The notes beneath the pieces were generated by a model. It was not told where the DNA came from. It saw nothing but the letters and a program-made list of their open reading frames with translations, and did no database searches. From an uncultured Chloroflexia bacterium (GTDB lineage Bacteria; Chloroflexota; Ktedonobacteria; Ktedonobacterales; JADMIN01): DNA of 64,000 nucleotides. The DNA lies in assembly GCA_963826075.1 (NCBI GenBank), contig CAWGVQ010000011.1:54390-118389 (forward strand), read 5' to 3'. Below are positions 18,860-28,312 of this stretch, piece by piece; position 1 is the stretch's first letter; each line of letters begins with the position of its first letter. A program made the translations under genes and the position numbers.

Positions 18860-19950
18860 TCTCATTTGCGCCTACCGAAGAGCAGCAACTCGTCGTTGAT
18901 ACTATTTCGCGCTACAGCCGAGAAAAAGTTCAGCCGGCGCGCCATGATGCGGATGAGCAGCGCGCATATTCGCCCCAGCTCATTGAGGAGGGCTGGAGAC
19001 TTGGATTGGCCGGCGCCTGGGTTCCCGAGTCGTACGGTGGGTTGGGAGAGCCACACTCAGCACTGAATGCGGCGCTCTTCGCTGAAGAGCTGGCGTACGG
19101 AGACCTCGCGCTGGCTCTCCAGGTGCTTACTCCGGCGCTCTTTGGCCTGCCGGTGCGCGAATTCGGCAGCCAGGCACAGCAGTCCCGCTGGCTGCCAACT
19201 CTCGCTGGCGAGAACTTTGCTCCACTTAGCGCCGCTCTCTGGGAGACCGGCTGGGATTTTGACCCTGCGAAGCTCCAGAGTAGCGCACGGCGAGATGGTG
19301 ATGAGTATGTACTTCAGGGCAACAAGGTACGTGTGCCGCTTGCCGAAGATTCGCCAGCACTTTTGATCTATGCCAACGAAGACGGTGTGACGCAGGGCTT
19401 TATCGTTGAGCGGAACACTGCTGGCCTCCTCATCGGCGAGCGCGAGCAGTTGATGGGGCTGCGCGCGCTGCCTACCTATGAGCTTTCGCTTGACGGCTGC
19501 CGCGTGAGCGCGTCAGCGCGCCTGGGAGAGGAGAAGGGGCTTGACTTTGGCCGGGTGCAAAACCTCTCACGGGTAACGGTGGCGGGTTTGGCCGTAGGGG
19601 TTGCGCGCGCTGCTCTGGAGTATGCGGTGACTTACGCCAAAGACCGGCAGGCATTTGGCAGGCCCATTGCGCAGTTTCAGAGCATCGCGTTCATGCTGGC
19701 CGAAATGCGCATCGAGCTTGACGGCGCTCGCCTGATGCTCTGGGAGGCGGCCTGGAACCTTGATCGGGATCGTCCGGCGACGCGCGAGTGCGTGCTTGCT
19801 GCCCAGTATGCTGATGAAACTGCCATGCTGGTTGCCGATCGGGCAGTGCAGATTTATGGAGGCCATGGCTACATTCGCGAAAATCCAGTTGAGCTGCTGC
19901 TGCGCAACGCACGCGGCATCACTTCACTGGCCGGTATGGCTCTGCTGTAG
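18856..19950 (+). CDS. Acyl-CoA dehydrogenase-family protein with degenerate FAD-binding and catalytic motifs (beta-like subunit)
   Basis: ACAD fold throughout (PTEEQQ..., YGG(H)GY). However it has WETGWDFD in place of TEPxxGSD and RVPLAED in place of xxTNG, and the C-terminus RNARGITSLAGMALL lacks the YEGT glutamate. The start overlaps the ligase stop (ATGA). Confidence 0.85.
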   Translation: MISFAPTEEQQLVVDTISRYSREKVQPARHDADEQRAYSPQLIEEGWRLGLAGAWVPESYGGLGEPHSALNAALFAEELAYGDLALALQVLTPALFGLPVREFGSQAQQSRWLPTLAGENFAPLSAALWETGWDFDPAKLQSSARRDGDEYVLQGNKVRVPLAEDSPALLIYANEDGVTQGFIVERNTAGLLIGEREQLMGLRALPTYELSLDGCRVSASARLGEEKGLDFGRVQNLSRVTVAGLAVGVARAALEYAVTYAKDRQAFGRPIAQFQSIAFMLAEMRIELDGARLMLWEAAWNLDRDRPATRECVLAAQYADETAMLVADRAVQIYGGHGYIRENPVELLLRNARGITSLAGMALL

Positions 19951-19988
19951 CACCAGCGTACTGCCGGCCAGAGAGCCGGGGAGAAGGC

Positions 19989-21230
19989 GTGATGATTGAT
20001 TTTGAGATTCCTGGGGCTATGTTGCTTCAGTTGCAGGCGCTGGAGCACGTAGCTCTACAGGTCATGAGACCAGACGCTCGCTATTATGATGAGCACGAAC
20101 ACGAGCGCCCCTGGAACTACATCAACCTTATGTGGGAAGGTGGTAACAACGCCGGATTCAGGGGGCGCGGCGGTAGCCAACCCTCGGGTGGCGCTGAGCA
20201 GAGTAGAAATGTTGCTCTGGCCCACGCGGTGGAAATGCTCTCCTATGGTGACTGCGGCTTGTATCTTTCCACTCCAGGCGGCGCGCTAGGAGCAGCGGCT
20301 ATTGAGGCTTCGGGCACGCCCGAGCAACGAGCTCGCTTTCTGTCGCGCTTTCTGAGCGGCGAGCCCAAATGGGGCGCTATGGCCATGACCGAGCCACATG
20401 CCGGCAGCGATACTGCAAACATTCGTGCTACGGCGCGCCGTAGCGAAGATGGCAGCGAGTGGATACTCAACGGTGAGAAGATCTTCGTTACCAATGGGCT
20501 GATGGCGGCACAAGAATCTCCCGGACTGCTGGTCGTCTGGGCAACCGTGGCACCAGGCAGCGGACGACGAGGCATGAAGAGTTTTGTCGTAGAAGCCAAC
20601 ACTCCCGGCATGCGGGTTGAGAAGCTTGAGAAGAAACACGGCATACGCGCCAGCGATACTGCCGCCATTAGTTTCACCGATTGCCGTATACCGTACGAAA
20701 ATATACTGGGTAGTCCTGAGGTAGCTACGCCGGAAGCTCGAGATGCCCGGGGGTTTCAGGGAGCGATGAGGACGTTTGACGCCACGCGCCCGCTGGTAGC
20801 TGCCAGCGCGATCGGGGTAGGCAGAGCCGCGCTTGACTATACTAAGGAGTATCTGGCTCGACATGATGTCCAGGTGCGCTATGGCGCGCCCTACGCGCAG
20901 CTGCTAGCTGTCGAGCGCGATATCATGCGGATGGAGATCCAGCTTCGATCCGCCTGGCTCCTAACCCTACGGGCCGCCTGGCAGATCGACCAGGGAATCG
21001 CCAATTCCATGGAGGCCTCCATGTGTAAAGTGAAGGCAGGAGAGGCGGTTACCTGGGTAACCCAGAAGGCGGTGGAGATACTTGGTCATGAGGGTTACAG
21101 CTGCCGGCAACTGGTGGAGAAATGGATGCGCGATGCCAAAATTAACGATCTGTACGAAGGTACGGGGCAGATCAATCGGCTGATCGTAGCACGCCGTATG
21201 CTGGGATACTCTCGCGAGGAGTTGGCGTAG
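19989..21230 (+). CDS. Acyl-CoA dehydrogenase (canonical motifs)
   Basis: AMAMTEPHAGSD, KIFVTNG, RDAKINDLYEGTGQINRLIVARRML (catalytic Glu context). Confidence 0.9.
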   Translation: MMIDFEIPGAMLLQLQALEHVALQVMRPDARYYDEHEHERPWNYINLMWEGGNNAGFRGRGGSQPSGGAEQSRNVALAHAVEMLSYGDCGLYLSTPGGALGAAAIEASGTPEQRARFLSRFLSGEPKWGAMAMTEPHAGSDTANIRATARRSEDGSEWILNGEKIFVTNGLMAAQESPGLLVVWATVAPGSGRRGMKSFVVEANTPGMRVEKLEKKHGIRASDTAAISFTDCRIPYENILGSPEVATPEARDARGFQGAMRTFDATRPLVAASAIGVGRAALDYTKEYLARHDVQVRYGAPYAQLLAVERDIMRMEIQLRSAWLLTLRAAWQIDQGIANSMEASMCKVKAGEAVTWVTQKAVEILGHEGYSCRQLVEKWMRDAKINDLYEGTGQINRLIVARRMLGYSREELA

Positions 21231-21234
21231 CTCT

Positions 21235-21262
21235 CTGCGCGACCAGGAATCTGGTCGCGCAG
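21235..21262 (+). terminator. GC-rich 12-bp hairpin directly after the second ACAD gene (probable terminator, no U-tract)
   Basis: CTGCGCGACCAG-GAAT-CTGGTCGCGCAG begins 5 nt after the stop codon. Confidence 0.5.
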
Positions 21263-21420
21263 CCAGAGACTGGCCGCGGGTCTTGTCTGGTACGATGGTC
21301 CCCTATGCAGCGACTAGCCGTTGACACCAGTTAAGGCAGGCACTAGAGTAGGTATGACCGGCAGTCCAGGACCAACACCCACGATACTTGTACACTTGAA
21401 CCGAGAGAGAGTGAACGACC

Positions 21421-22593
21421 ATGGGGCAAGGGCGATCTCCATTCGATTTCCCCGAAGATGGATCCAGCTATAGCGATGATTATGACTACGAGCCACGAGT
21501 CGGCTATGGTGATTCGCTATCTGAGCCGCCTACCGGAGAGTATGAGGAGATGGACGGGGACGGATTTCCCGCAGGGTCCACCGGCACTAACGGCGCCCTG
21601 CTGCCCTATGATGAGCCAGGGGTACCGGCACTGGCAAATGGTCAGGGCACAGGTCCAGTGCTCATTCCCGGCAGCGGTGTGTCAATGGGTAATCCCTTTA
21701 TCAAGCGGCGCGAGCGCCCGCTGACGATGAGATTGGCCATTGTGACGCTGATGGCTTGCATCCTGATTACCGGCCTCCTCGCGGTGACACCGCTCACCAA
21801 CGCCACCACCGGTGGAGGAAACGCTTTCCAGGTACTTTCCGGTGCGGTCGTCTACCAGAATCAGCCCAGCTATTTCTGGTACACCGCGACGACCGGCGAC
21901 TCCGTCCAGACCATTGCTACTAAATTCCATGTCCAGATCGGCGGCATCTTCGAATTGAACAATATGCTCTCTGGGCAGGAGGTCGCCATCGGCAAGGCCT
22001 ATAAGATTCCCAGCGATCCCAACTACGGCGCCGACTACCGTCCACCCACCTATGTGCCTCCCAGCAACGGTAGCACCGTCTTTGGCGACAGTCCCTGGAC
22101 CTCCATCGCCGGATCTAAGGGCGAGCCTGAGGCACTGTGTAATCCCAATACAGGGGACGGCACCCCGCTTGGTTGGCATCTGGTGGCGCCCAATCCCGAC
22201 TCCTTCTGGGTACGTGGCTTCAGCTGGTTTCACGACGGCGTCGACCTCTCCACAACCGCCGGCAATCCCATTCACGCCGCCCAGGCCGGCGAGGTGATCT
22301 GGGCTGGCTGGGATGTGGGGGGCCTGGGCTACTCGATAAAGATCAACAATTGCTGGGGAATCTCCACAGTGTACGGCCACATGGAATCCCTGATCGCCAA
22401 GGTGGGGCAGAGCGTTGAGGCGGGTCAGACCATTGGTCTGGAAGGCTCGACCGGCTGGTCTACCGGCCCGCACCTGCACTTTATGGTCGAGGTGAACAAC
22501 GTAGCGGTAGATCCATCGGCTTACTACGGATATAACTGCGCTGCCATCACTGGCAACACCAAAGCATATGGTTCCGGAGCCTCGTGCGACTAG
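21421..22593 (+). CDS. Membrane-anchored LysM-domain M23 metallopeptidase
   Basis: Acidic N-terminus, TM LAIVTLMACILITGLLAV, LysM YTATTGDSVQTIATKFHVQIGGIFELNNM...YKIP. M23 motifs HDGVDL and GPHLHF. Confidence 0.9.
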   Translation: MGQGRSPFDFPEDGSSYSDDYDYEPRVGYGDSLSEPPTGEYEEMDGDGFPAGSTGTNGALLPYDEPGVPALANGQGTGPVLIPGSGVSMGNPFIKRRERPLTMRLAIVTLMACILITGLLAVTPLTNATTGGGNAFQVLSGAVVYQNQPSYFWYTATTGDSVQTIATKFHVQIGGIFELNNMLSGQEVAIGKAYKIPSDPNYGADYRPPTYVPPSNGSTVFGDSPWTSIAGSKGEPEALCNPNTGDGTPLGWHLVAPNPDSFWVRGFSWFHDGVDLSTTAGNPIHAAQAGEVIWAGWDVGGLGYSIKINNCWGISTVYGHMESLIAKVGQSVEAGQTIGLEGSTGWSTGPHLHFMVEVNNVAVDPSAYYGYNCAAITGNTKAYGSGASCD

Positions 22594-22602
22594 CTGGAGG
22601 AT

Positions 22603-23601
22603 TCAGTAGCTGCGGTAGCTATCCCAGCCGGCGATCGTGGCCTGGACCAGCCTGGTGACATCGCTGATCATCGCTGAGCGCGGGTCAGGGCTGCAGAGGA
22701 ACTCGCAGAGATTGAGCAGGTCAAGCAGCTTTATCACCCGCTTCCATTCTCGGGGTAGCCTACCACCGCCGTCGCGGTATCCGGCGATGACACCCTTCTC
22801 AAACGCCTTGGGGAGGGTGTCAGCATACCGAAGCAGAATGCTGAGGTCGAAGAGCGTAGAACCGGCGATAGCAAACTCCCAATCCAGTACCGCCGCCATT
22901 TCCCAGTTGCCGTCTCCTTGCTGCCGAAGGAGCAGGTTCTGCGCTTTATAGTCGCCATGCACCAGTGTCGCCGGGCCATCTGCCTCATCTAGCAAGGCGG
23001 CGTGCCTGGTCAGCAAGTCCCAGACCTGGCGGCTTAAGTCGCTACCCAAACGCTGACCCGCCTCGCGCTCGAAAAGGCTTGCGGCCACCAGAGTCAGCAC
23101 GCTTTCGCGTGCCGTGCCCAGCGGCTCACGAAGGCTCAGTCCCGGACCAAAGAAGCCAGCTCCCCTGAAGGTATAGGCTCCCAGCGCCGCCAATGTCTGT
23201 CCCACCGCCGAGGCTGAGTTGCTGACCGTATTGGTATCTCCGCTAGCTATCAGCCTATCGAGCTTTGTACCCTGCACCCAGCGTGTCACCATGTACGGAC
23301 GTCCACTGCGTTCGCCGGCGGGATCGGCATAGAGCACTTCAGGCATAGGTATACGCTCGTGGGCAAGCTGGAAAATGTCGAATTCGATCCGGCAGGCGGA
23401 CGGGTCGCGAGTATAGAGACGCACCACGAGGCTGTCCGCCCATCCGGCGAGGGTCACTTTGTAGTTGGTATTGACCAGGCCGCCGCCCAACGGCTCGGCC
23501 GAGACAATAGAGTGGCCGGCGGATACCGGCTCAAGCAGCGCCTCCAAGGTGTCGGCATCGAGCGTGAGCAATGCGAAGCGCCGTCCCCAACCCTCTTGCA
23601 T
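22603..23601 (-). CDS. Phosphotransferase of the APH/choline-kinase-like family
   Basis: Brenner-type LVHGDYKAQNLLL and VLDWEFA motifs. Substrate unknown. Confidence 0.8.
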   Translation of the reverse strand: MQEGWGRRFALLTLDADTLEALLEPVSAGHSIVSAEPLGGGLVNTNYKVTLAGWADSLVVRLYTRDPSACRIEFDIFQLAHERIPMPEVLYADPAGERSGRPYMVTRWVQGTKLDRLIASGDTNTVSNSASAVGQTLAALGAYTFRGAGFFGPGLSLREPLGTARESVLTLVAASLFEREAGQRLGSDLSRQVWDLLTRHAALLDEADGPATLVHGDYKAQNLLLRQQGDGNWEMAAVLDWEFAIAGSTLFDLSILLRYADTLPKAFEKGVIAGYRDGGGRLPREWKRVIKLLDLLNLCEFLCSPDPRSAMISDVTRLVQATIAGWDSYRSY

Positions 23602-23636
23602 GGTGTAACTCCCTGCGCTTGCAGTGCCTTCTGCCC

Positions 23637-24347
23637 CTACGCTTTCGCAGTGCGGCGCTCGCCGAGCGCCGCGACCATCGAGTTAAAAATCAATCGGCCA
23701 TCCTCGCCACCTAGTGCTGACTCCCCACAGCGCTCCGGGTGCGGCATCATCGCGGCGACATTGCCCCCCTGGTTGACGATGCCTGCGATATTGTGCTGCG
23801 ACCCATTGGGGTTGGATTCCGGTGTCACATCGCCCTGCTGGTTGCAGTACCGAAGAAGCACGGCGCCCTCCGCTTCCAGCGTAGCCAGCGTGGCTTCATC
23901 GGCAAAATAGTTACCGTCTCCGTGGGATATCGGCATACGAATCACCTGCGCCGCGCGGCCGAGTCGGGTGAACGGCGTCGACGCGTTCTCCACACGCAGA
24001 TGTGTCCACTGGCAGCGAAACTCCAGACTCTGATTTCGCAGCATCGCACCGGGAAGCAGGCCAGCCTCCAGTAATATCTGAAACCCATTGCAGATACCAA
24101 GCACCAGCCCGCCCCGAAGGGCAAACTGCGCTATACTGCCCATCACCGGGGCAAACCTAGCAATAGCGCCGGCTCGAAGGTAGTCACCGTAGGAGAAACC
24201 GCCGGGCAGTATGATGGCGTCGCAGCCCTGCAGATCGGTGTCTTCGTGCCAGATGCTGACCGCTTCCTGTCCTATCACATGCCCCAAAATATGCTGGCAA
24301 TCCTTGTCGCTCCACGTGCCGGGAAACACTACCACGCCAAATTTCAT
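23637..24347 (-). CDS. purQ: Phosphoribosylformylglycinamidine synthase, glutaminase subunit
   Basis: [10 protein letters not shown]..., [15 protein letters not shown], catalytic [16 protein letters not shown]. The ORF-track N-terminal extension (to 24512) overlaps moaE and was trimmed to ATG 24347. Confidence 0.92.
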   Translation of the reverse strand: MKFGVVVFPGTWSDKDCQHILGHVIGQEAVSIWHEDTDLQGCDAIILPGGFSYGDYLRAGAIARFAPVMGSIAQFALRGGLVLGICNGFQILLEAGLLPGAMLRNQSLEFRCQWTHLRVENASTPFTRLGRAAQVIRMPISHGDGNYFADEATLATLEAEGAVLLRYCNQQGDVTPESNPNGSQHNIAGIVNQGGNVAAMMPHPERCGESALGGEDGRLIFNSMVAALGERRTAKA

Positions 24348-24360
24348 CGCCTGTTCCCTT

Positions 24361-24783
24361 TTAACCCTCCACCCATGATTCGCCGTCCTCAGCCACCTCT
24401 TTCTTGAAGATTGGCACAGTGGACTTGAGTGTGTCAATGGCGTACTGGCATGCCGCGAACGCCTCAGCGCGGTGTTCGCAGGCAACAACAATCGCGACGC
24501 TACACTCGCCAATTTCTATTCGGCCGACTCGGTGAACCAGTGCCAGATGATTGGTTGCCCAACGTCGCTCCACTTCGCGAGCGATGGCTGCCATCTCCTG
24601 CTCTGCCATTTCCCCATAGGCATCGTATTCTAGGTAGCGTATGCGTTTTCCACGGGCAGTATCGCGTACGATGCCCAAAAAAACTACCATACCACCATCG
24701 CTGTGCTCAGGCACCGACTCGATCAGCGACTGAACTGAGGCAGTATCCAGTGGATCAGATGTGATCGCGATGTACGCTGCCAT
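24361..24783 (-). CDS. moaE: Molybdopterin synthase catalytic subunit
   Basis: MoaE-like length and blocks ([12 protein letters not shown]..., [17 protein letters not shown]). Lies directly downstream of moaD. Confidence 0.88.
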   Translation of the reverse strand: MAAYIAITSDPLDTASVQSLIESVPEHSDGGMVVFLGIVRDTARGKRIRYLEYDAYGEMAEQEMAAIAREVERRWATNHLALVHRVGRIEIGECSVAIVVACEHRAEAFAACQYAIDTLKSTVPIFKKEVAEDGESWVEG

Positions 24784-24789
24784 AGGGCA

Positions 24790-25035
24790 TCAGCCTCCTC
24801 CCAGTGGGGGGATAAAAGCCAGCTCGTCGCCGCTGGAAAGTACTGTCCCGGATGAGACGTAGACGCGGTTCACTGCGACTGCACAGCGCGGCAGTATACT
24901 GGATAGTGCAGGATAGCGCTCAATCAGCAAGCTACGGGCCTGTTCCACAGCAGTCCCGGCCGGCAGTGGTATCGTCTCGCTCTCGCGGCCCACAGTTTCG
25001 CGGAGCGCGGCAAAATAACGTATCAGGATCGGCAT
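24790..25035 (-). CDS. moaD: Molybdopterin synthase sulfur-carrier subunit (ThiS/MoaD fold, C-terminal Gly-Gly)
   Basis: MPILIRYFAALRETVG...FIPPLGGG-stop. ATG 25035 follows GAGGAGAG. 6-nt gap to moaE. Confidence 0.85.
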   Translation of the reverse strand: MPILIRYFAALRETVGRESETIPLPAGTAVEQARSLLIERYPALSSILPRCAVAVNRVYVSSGTVLSSGDELAFIPPLGGG

Positions 25036-25157
25036 TCTCTGTCTCTCCTCGTTAACACTCTTTCGCCGCCATGAGCGGCTACTGCGATACCTGGTCTCAT
25101 TATAGTATCCCACAGTACCCCGATAGTATCCCCCATGTATCCCGCGAGGCGATGCCG

Positions 25158-25847
25158 CTATTTGCCATGGGGAATCATGCGGCGGAAGCGTGCGATGCCG
25201 ATGCCAGCAAAGAGGGTAACGGCAAAGGCTACCAGTGCCAGCCAGGCATCTACATCGGCCAGTACAATGGCGGTGATGTTGGTGCCGTTGGAGAGTACGA
25301 GATACACAATTATTAGCAGAGCAACCAACAGCGTTACCAGCGCCGGGTTCCGTTGGTAGGAATGGCGCACCGACTGCTGTAGACGCAGAAGTAGCGATAC
25401 AACGATGCCGGTAAGGAACGCTACGATGAATCCCTTGCCGTTGCTAACGGTTGCGACCACATGCAGAAAGAGCACCAGTGCGCCAATTAAGCCCAGGGCG
25501 GCGGCGGCGATGAGCAACGCGACGAAGACGCCCTGCCTCGGACTGATCCGCAGTAAAATAGCCAGCACTATGGTTGCGATGATGGCAATGGGCAGTGCAG
25601 CCAAGGCAGCGATGGCCAGAGCATGGAGAGAGCTGGGTACTGGTACTCCCCCACTGGCCGCAGTTAACGAGATAAGACCGGAGTCTATCGACTCACCTGA
25701 TCCAATCAAGCCGGTTGCCTTAGCAATCAAGCTTACTCCCCGACCAATGAGACCAAGGTAAGCTACTCCGGCGACAATACCCCACACCAGGCAGAGAGTT
25801 GCCCGCTTGATTACCTCTCGGCGGGCGTCGGGATGGCGAGTGCGCAT
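25158..25847 (-). CDS. Hypothetical polytopic membrane protein
   Basis: About 6 hydrophobic segments. Strong GAGGAG Shine-Dalgarno 6 nt before ATG 25847. No recognisable family. Confidence 0.6.
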   Translation of the reverse strand: MRTRHPDARREVIKRATLCLVWGIVAGVAYLGLIGRGVSLIAKATGLIGSGESIDSGLISLTAASGGVPVPSSLHALAIAALAALPIAIIATIVLAILLRISPRQGVFVALLIAAAALGLIGALVLFLHVVATVSNGKGFIVAFLTGIVVSLLLRLQQSVRHSYQRNPALVTLLVALLIIVYLVLSNGTNITAIVLADVDAWLALVAFAVTLFAGIGIARFRRMIPHGK

Positions 25848-25951
25848 CTAGTTCTCCTCACAAAAATTGGAACTTGCTTGCCCATCACATGTGGCAAGTA
25901 CCGGTGGTTTGGGGTCGCCCGTCTCTCGTGGTCACTTGTAGCCGTCGCGTG

Positions 25952-27484
25952 CTACTCGGACTTGTTCTCTGCAGCGATCCAGGTTGCCAGCTCCACGAAA
26001 GTTCGAACGCCAAAGCCAGTGGCGCCGGCGTCACTTTCGAGGCCCTTGCGATCGAGGGCATTGGTGCCCGCGATATCGAGGTGCGCCCAGGGCCGCTCGT
26101 CAACGAAGGCAGCGAGCACTTTGGCGGCAGCGATGGAGCTGCCAAAGCGCCCTCCAGTTTGTTTGACATCGGCCACGTCGCTACGAATCAGGTCCTCGTA
26201 CTCGGCGTCCATGGGCATAGGCCAGAAGCGTTCGCCCACAGCTTCAGAGACCGACATGATAGTCTGCTGCAAATGGTCATTGTTGCTAAACAAGCCAGCG
26301 CGCACGTGGCCAAGTGATACCACGATGGCTCCAGTGAGGGTGGCGGCATCTACTAGGGGTGAGTAGTCCTGCTTGACGGCATAACAAAGCGCATCGGCTA
26401 ATATGAGCCGACCCTCGGCATCGGTGTTGACGATTTCTATGGTCTTGCCGTTGGAGGCGCGTAGAATATCTCCCGGGCGATAGGCGTTAGCACCAGGCAT
26501 ATTCTCGGTGGTAGGGACGATACCGGTAACATTGACCGGCGGTTTGAGCAGCGCAATAGCTCGCATCGCTCCGATCACCGCTGCGGCACCGCACATGTCC
26601 ATCTTCATGGCCTGCATACCTTCTGCCGGCTTGATGGAGATGCCTCCGCTGTCAAACGTGATCCCTTTGCCGATAAAAGCTGGACCTGGCGCATCGGTGG
26701 CGCCTCCACGGTACTTCAGGATTATGAAGCGAGGTTCCTGTGCACTGCCCTGAGCGACTCCCAGCAGCGCACCCATATGTTCTTGCCGCATCCAGTCCGG
26801 CCCATACACCTCGCACTCCAGGCCCACTTCACCGGCCAGATGGCGAGCCCGCTCAGCGAATTCAGCAGGAGTCAAGACATTAGGCGGCTCGTTACCCAGA
26901 TCCCGGGCAAAGTTGGTGGATTCAGCTAGAATCTGCCCGCGCTGGGCGGCGGCATTCAGCCTTGATTCGTCTCCATGCGCCAGAATCGTAAGCGAGAGCA
27001 CCGCATCACCTGGGCTGACGTTGCTCTCGCCGTCGCCACCACTGGCCATCGACTTATACTTGGTGAAGCTGTAGAGTCCCAGTATGGCTCCTTCGGCTAC
27101 AGCCCGCGCCTCCTGAGCCGGATTTGCTCCTGATGCAGCCCAGCCGAGCGCCACCCCTATATGTTTACTTCCCGCTTTGCGCAAAGCGCGGCAGGCAATC
27201 GCCGAGCAGCTACGGATACGGCTGCCACTCACATCCTCACGGCGGCCTAGACCGACGACGGCGATCAGCTTGGCCGGAATTTTGCCCTGCGTTGGCAATA
27301 TGCTTACTTCACCGGCGCCGCCGAGAGCCCCGCCGCCACCGTACAGATCAGACAGAACGCCTCCCATTGCCTCGTCAAGTCCGGCAGCCGGCTCCGGTAG
27401 ATGGGGGTCAAGAGCGAAGACTCCAACCGCAATAGCATCGCCGTCGAATTGCCGTATTTCTTTGGTGCTGACTCGAAGATCCAT
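25952..27484 (-). CDS. pepA: Leucyl aminopeptidase (M17)
   Basis: GKGITFDSGGISIKP and NTDAEGRLILADAL signatures. Start is either ATG 27484 (after GAGGT) or the ORF-track GTG 27508. Confidence 0.92.
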   Translation of the reverse strand: MDLRVSTKEIRQFDGDAIAVGVFALDPHLPEPAAGLDEAMGGVLSDLYGGGGALGGAGEVSILPTQGKIPAKLIAVVGLGRREDVSGSRIRSCSAIACRALRKAGSKHIGVALGWAASGANPAQEARAVAEGAILGLYSFTKYKSMASGGDGESNVSPGDAVLSLTILAHGDESRLNAAAQRGQILAESTNFARDLGNEPPNVLTPAEFAERARHLAGEVGLECEVYGPDWMRQEHMGALLGVAQGSAQEPRFIILKYRGGATDAPGPAFIGKGITFDSGGISIKPAEGMQAMKMDMCGAAAVIGAMRAIALLKPPVNVTGIVPTTENMPGANAYRPGDILRASNGKTIEIVNTDAEGRLILADALCYAVKQDYSPLVDAATLTGAIVVSLGHVRAGLFSNNDHLQQTIMSVSEAVGERFWPMPMDAEYEDLIRSDVADVKQTGGRFGSSIAAAKVLAAFVDERPWAHLDIAGTNALDRKGLESDAGATGFGVRTFVELATWIAAENKSE

Positions 27485-27544
27485 CGTTACCTCGTTCTGG
27501 GTCCACACTAGCTCATCGGTGAGTGCGTGCGCTCAAGCCTCTAT

Positions 27545-28048
27545 CTACACTTGATCCTGCTCGCCTTCCTGGCGAAGAAAGACACCGCTCTTGCCGCCGC
27601 TCTTTTTCAGCAGCCGGATATTGTGAATGCTCATCTCTCGGTCTACTGCTTTGCACATGTCATAGATGGTGAGGGCGGCGATGCTTACCGCGGTGAGAGC
27701 TTCCATCTCGGCGCCGGTTTTACCGTCGGTACGAACCGTTGCCTGCAGCTCGATCCAGCTCGTGCCCGGTGATTCGTCGTGGAAATCAAAGGTCATATCT
27801 ACGCTGGTCAACAGCAACAAATGACACATGGGAATAATTTGCGCGGTCTGCTTGGCTGCCATGATGCCGGCCACTTGCGCCACCGCTAGCACATCCCCTT
27901 TGGCAATGCGCCCTTCGCGGATAAGCGACATCGTCTCCGGGCGCATGTGAATGCCGGCTCCGGCCACAGCCTCGCGAGCGGTAATGGACTTCGCGCTGAT
28001 GTCCACCATACGGGCGTGCCCTGATGCATCGAAGTGCGTAAACTCCAC
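27545..28048 (-). CDS. moaC: Cyclic pyranopterin monophosphate synthase accessory protein
   Basis: (M)[19 protein letters not shown] aligns with the E. coli MoaC N-terminus, plus [26 protein letters not shown] 28048, about 10 nt after AGGAGG, is preferred over the ORF-track TTG 28072. Confidence 0.9.
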   Translation of the reverse strand: MEFTHFDASGHARMVDISAKSITAREAVAGAGIHMRPETMSLIREGRIAKGDVLAVAQVAGIMAAKQTAQIIPMCHLLLLTSVDMTFDFHDESPGTSWIELQATVRTDGKTGAEMEALTAVSIAALTIYDMCKAVDREMSIHNIRLLKKSGGKSGVFLRQEGEQDQV

Positions 28049-28262
28049 TTTCAGTTTGCCTCCTGTGTCCAAGAAGAGAACACGCGAGATATCGGTGAGC
28101 CATCCGGCGACGGCGTTCGTTTTAAATGAAGTGTACCAGGATTAGGTGGTTATCAGCACACCTCATATCCAGTGCTGCAACTCGTCCTGGTGTACTTGCG
28201 CCACCACAGTCAATGCGATATAGTGCTCTTTAAGTGAGCGCGAGTCTCTTGCAAAATTCCGG

Positions 28263-28298
28263 CATGAATCCGACACGTATCATGAATCCGACACATAT
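28263..28298. repeat. 18-bp tandem direct repeat (CATGAATCCGACACRTAT x2, 1 mismatch)
   Basis: Copies at 28263-28280 and 28281-28298, abutting the AAGGAGAG Shine-Dalgarno (28299-28306) of the 28313 gene. Confidence 0.9.
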
Positions 28299-28312
28299 AA
28301 GGAGAGTATTCG

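Noticed and set aside
23637-24512. N-terminally extended ORF-track models: purQ to 24512, binding protein from 15536, LivM-like from 14320, murT from 50494, serS from 58670, moaD to 25113.
   Set aside because: The extensions overlap neighbouring genes or have non-protein-like sequence. Internal starts with Shine-Dalgarno sequences match the N-termini of the respective families.
28263-28298. Short tandem repeats as possible CRISPR or minisatellite arrays (also 4446-4465, 9001-9032, 46958-46986).
   Set aside because: Each has only two copies and no spacers of CRISPR size, and no cas genes are present. They are simple tandem duplications or direct repeats.
28049-28312. Possible Moco riboswitch in the 240-nt leader upstream of moaC (minus strand).
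   Set aside because: I could not recognise the conserved Moco-motif helices by eye; only a weak 5-bp hairpin is visible. A covariance-model search (Rfam Moco RNA motif) is needed before any claim.
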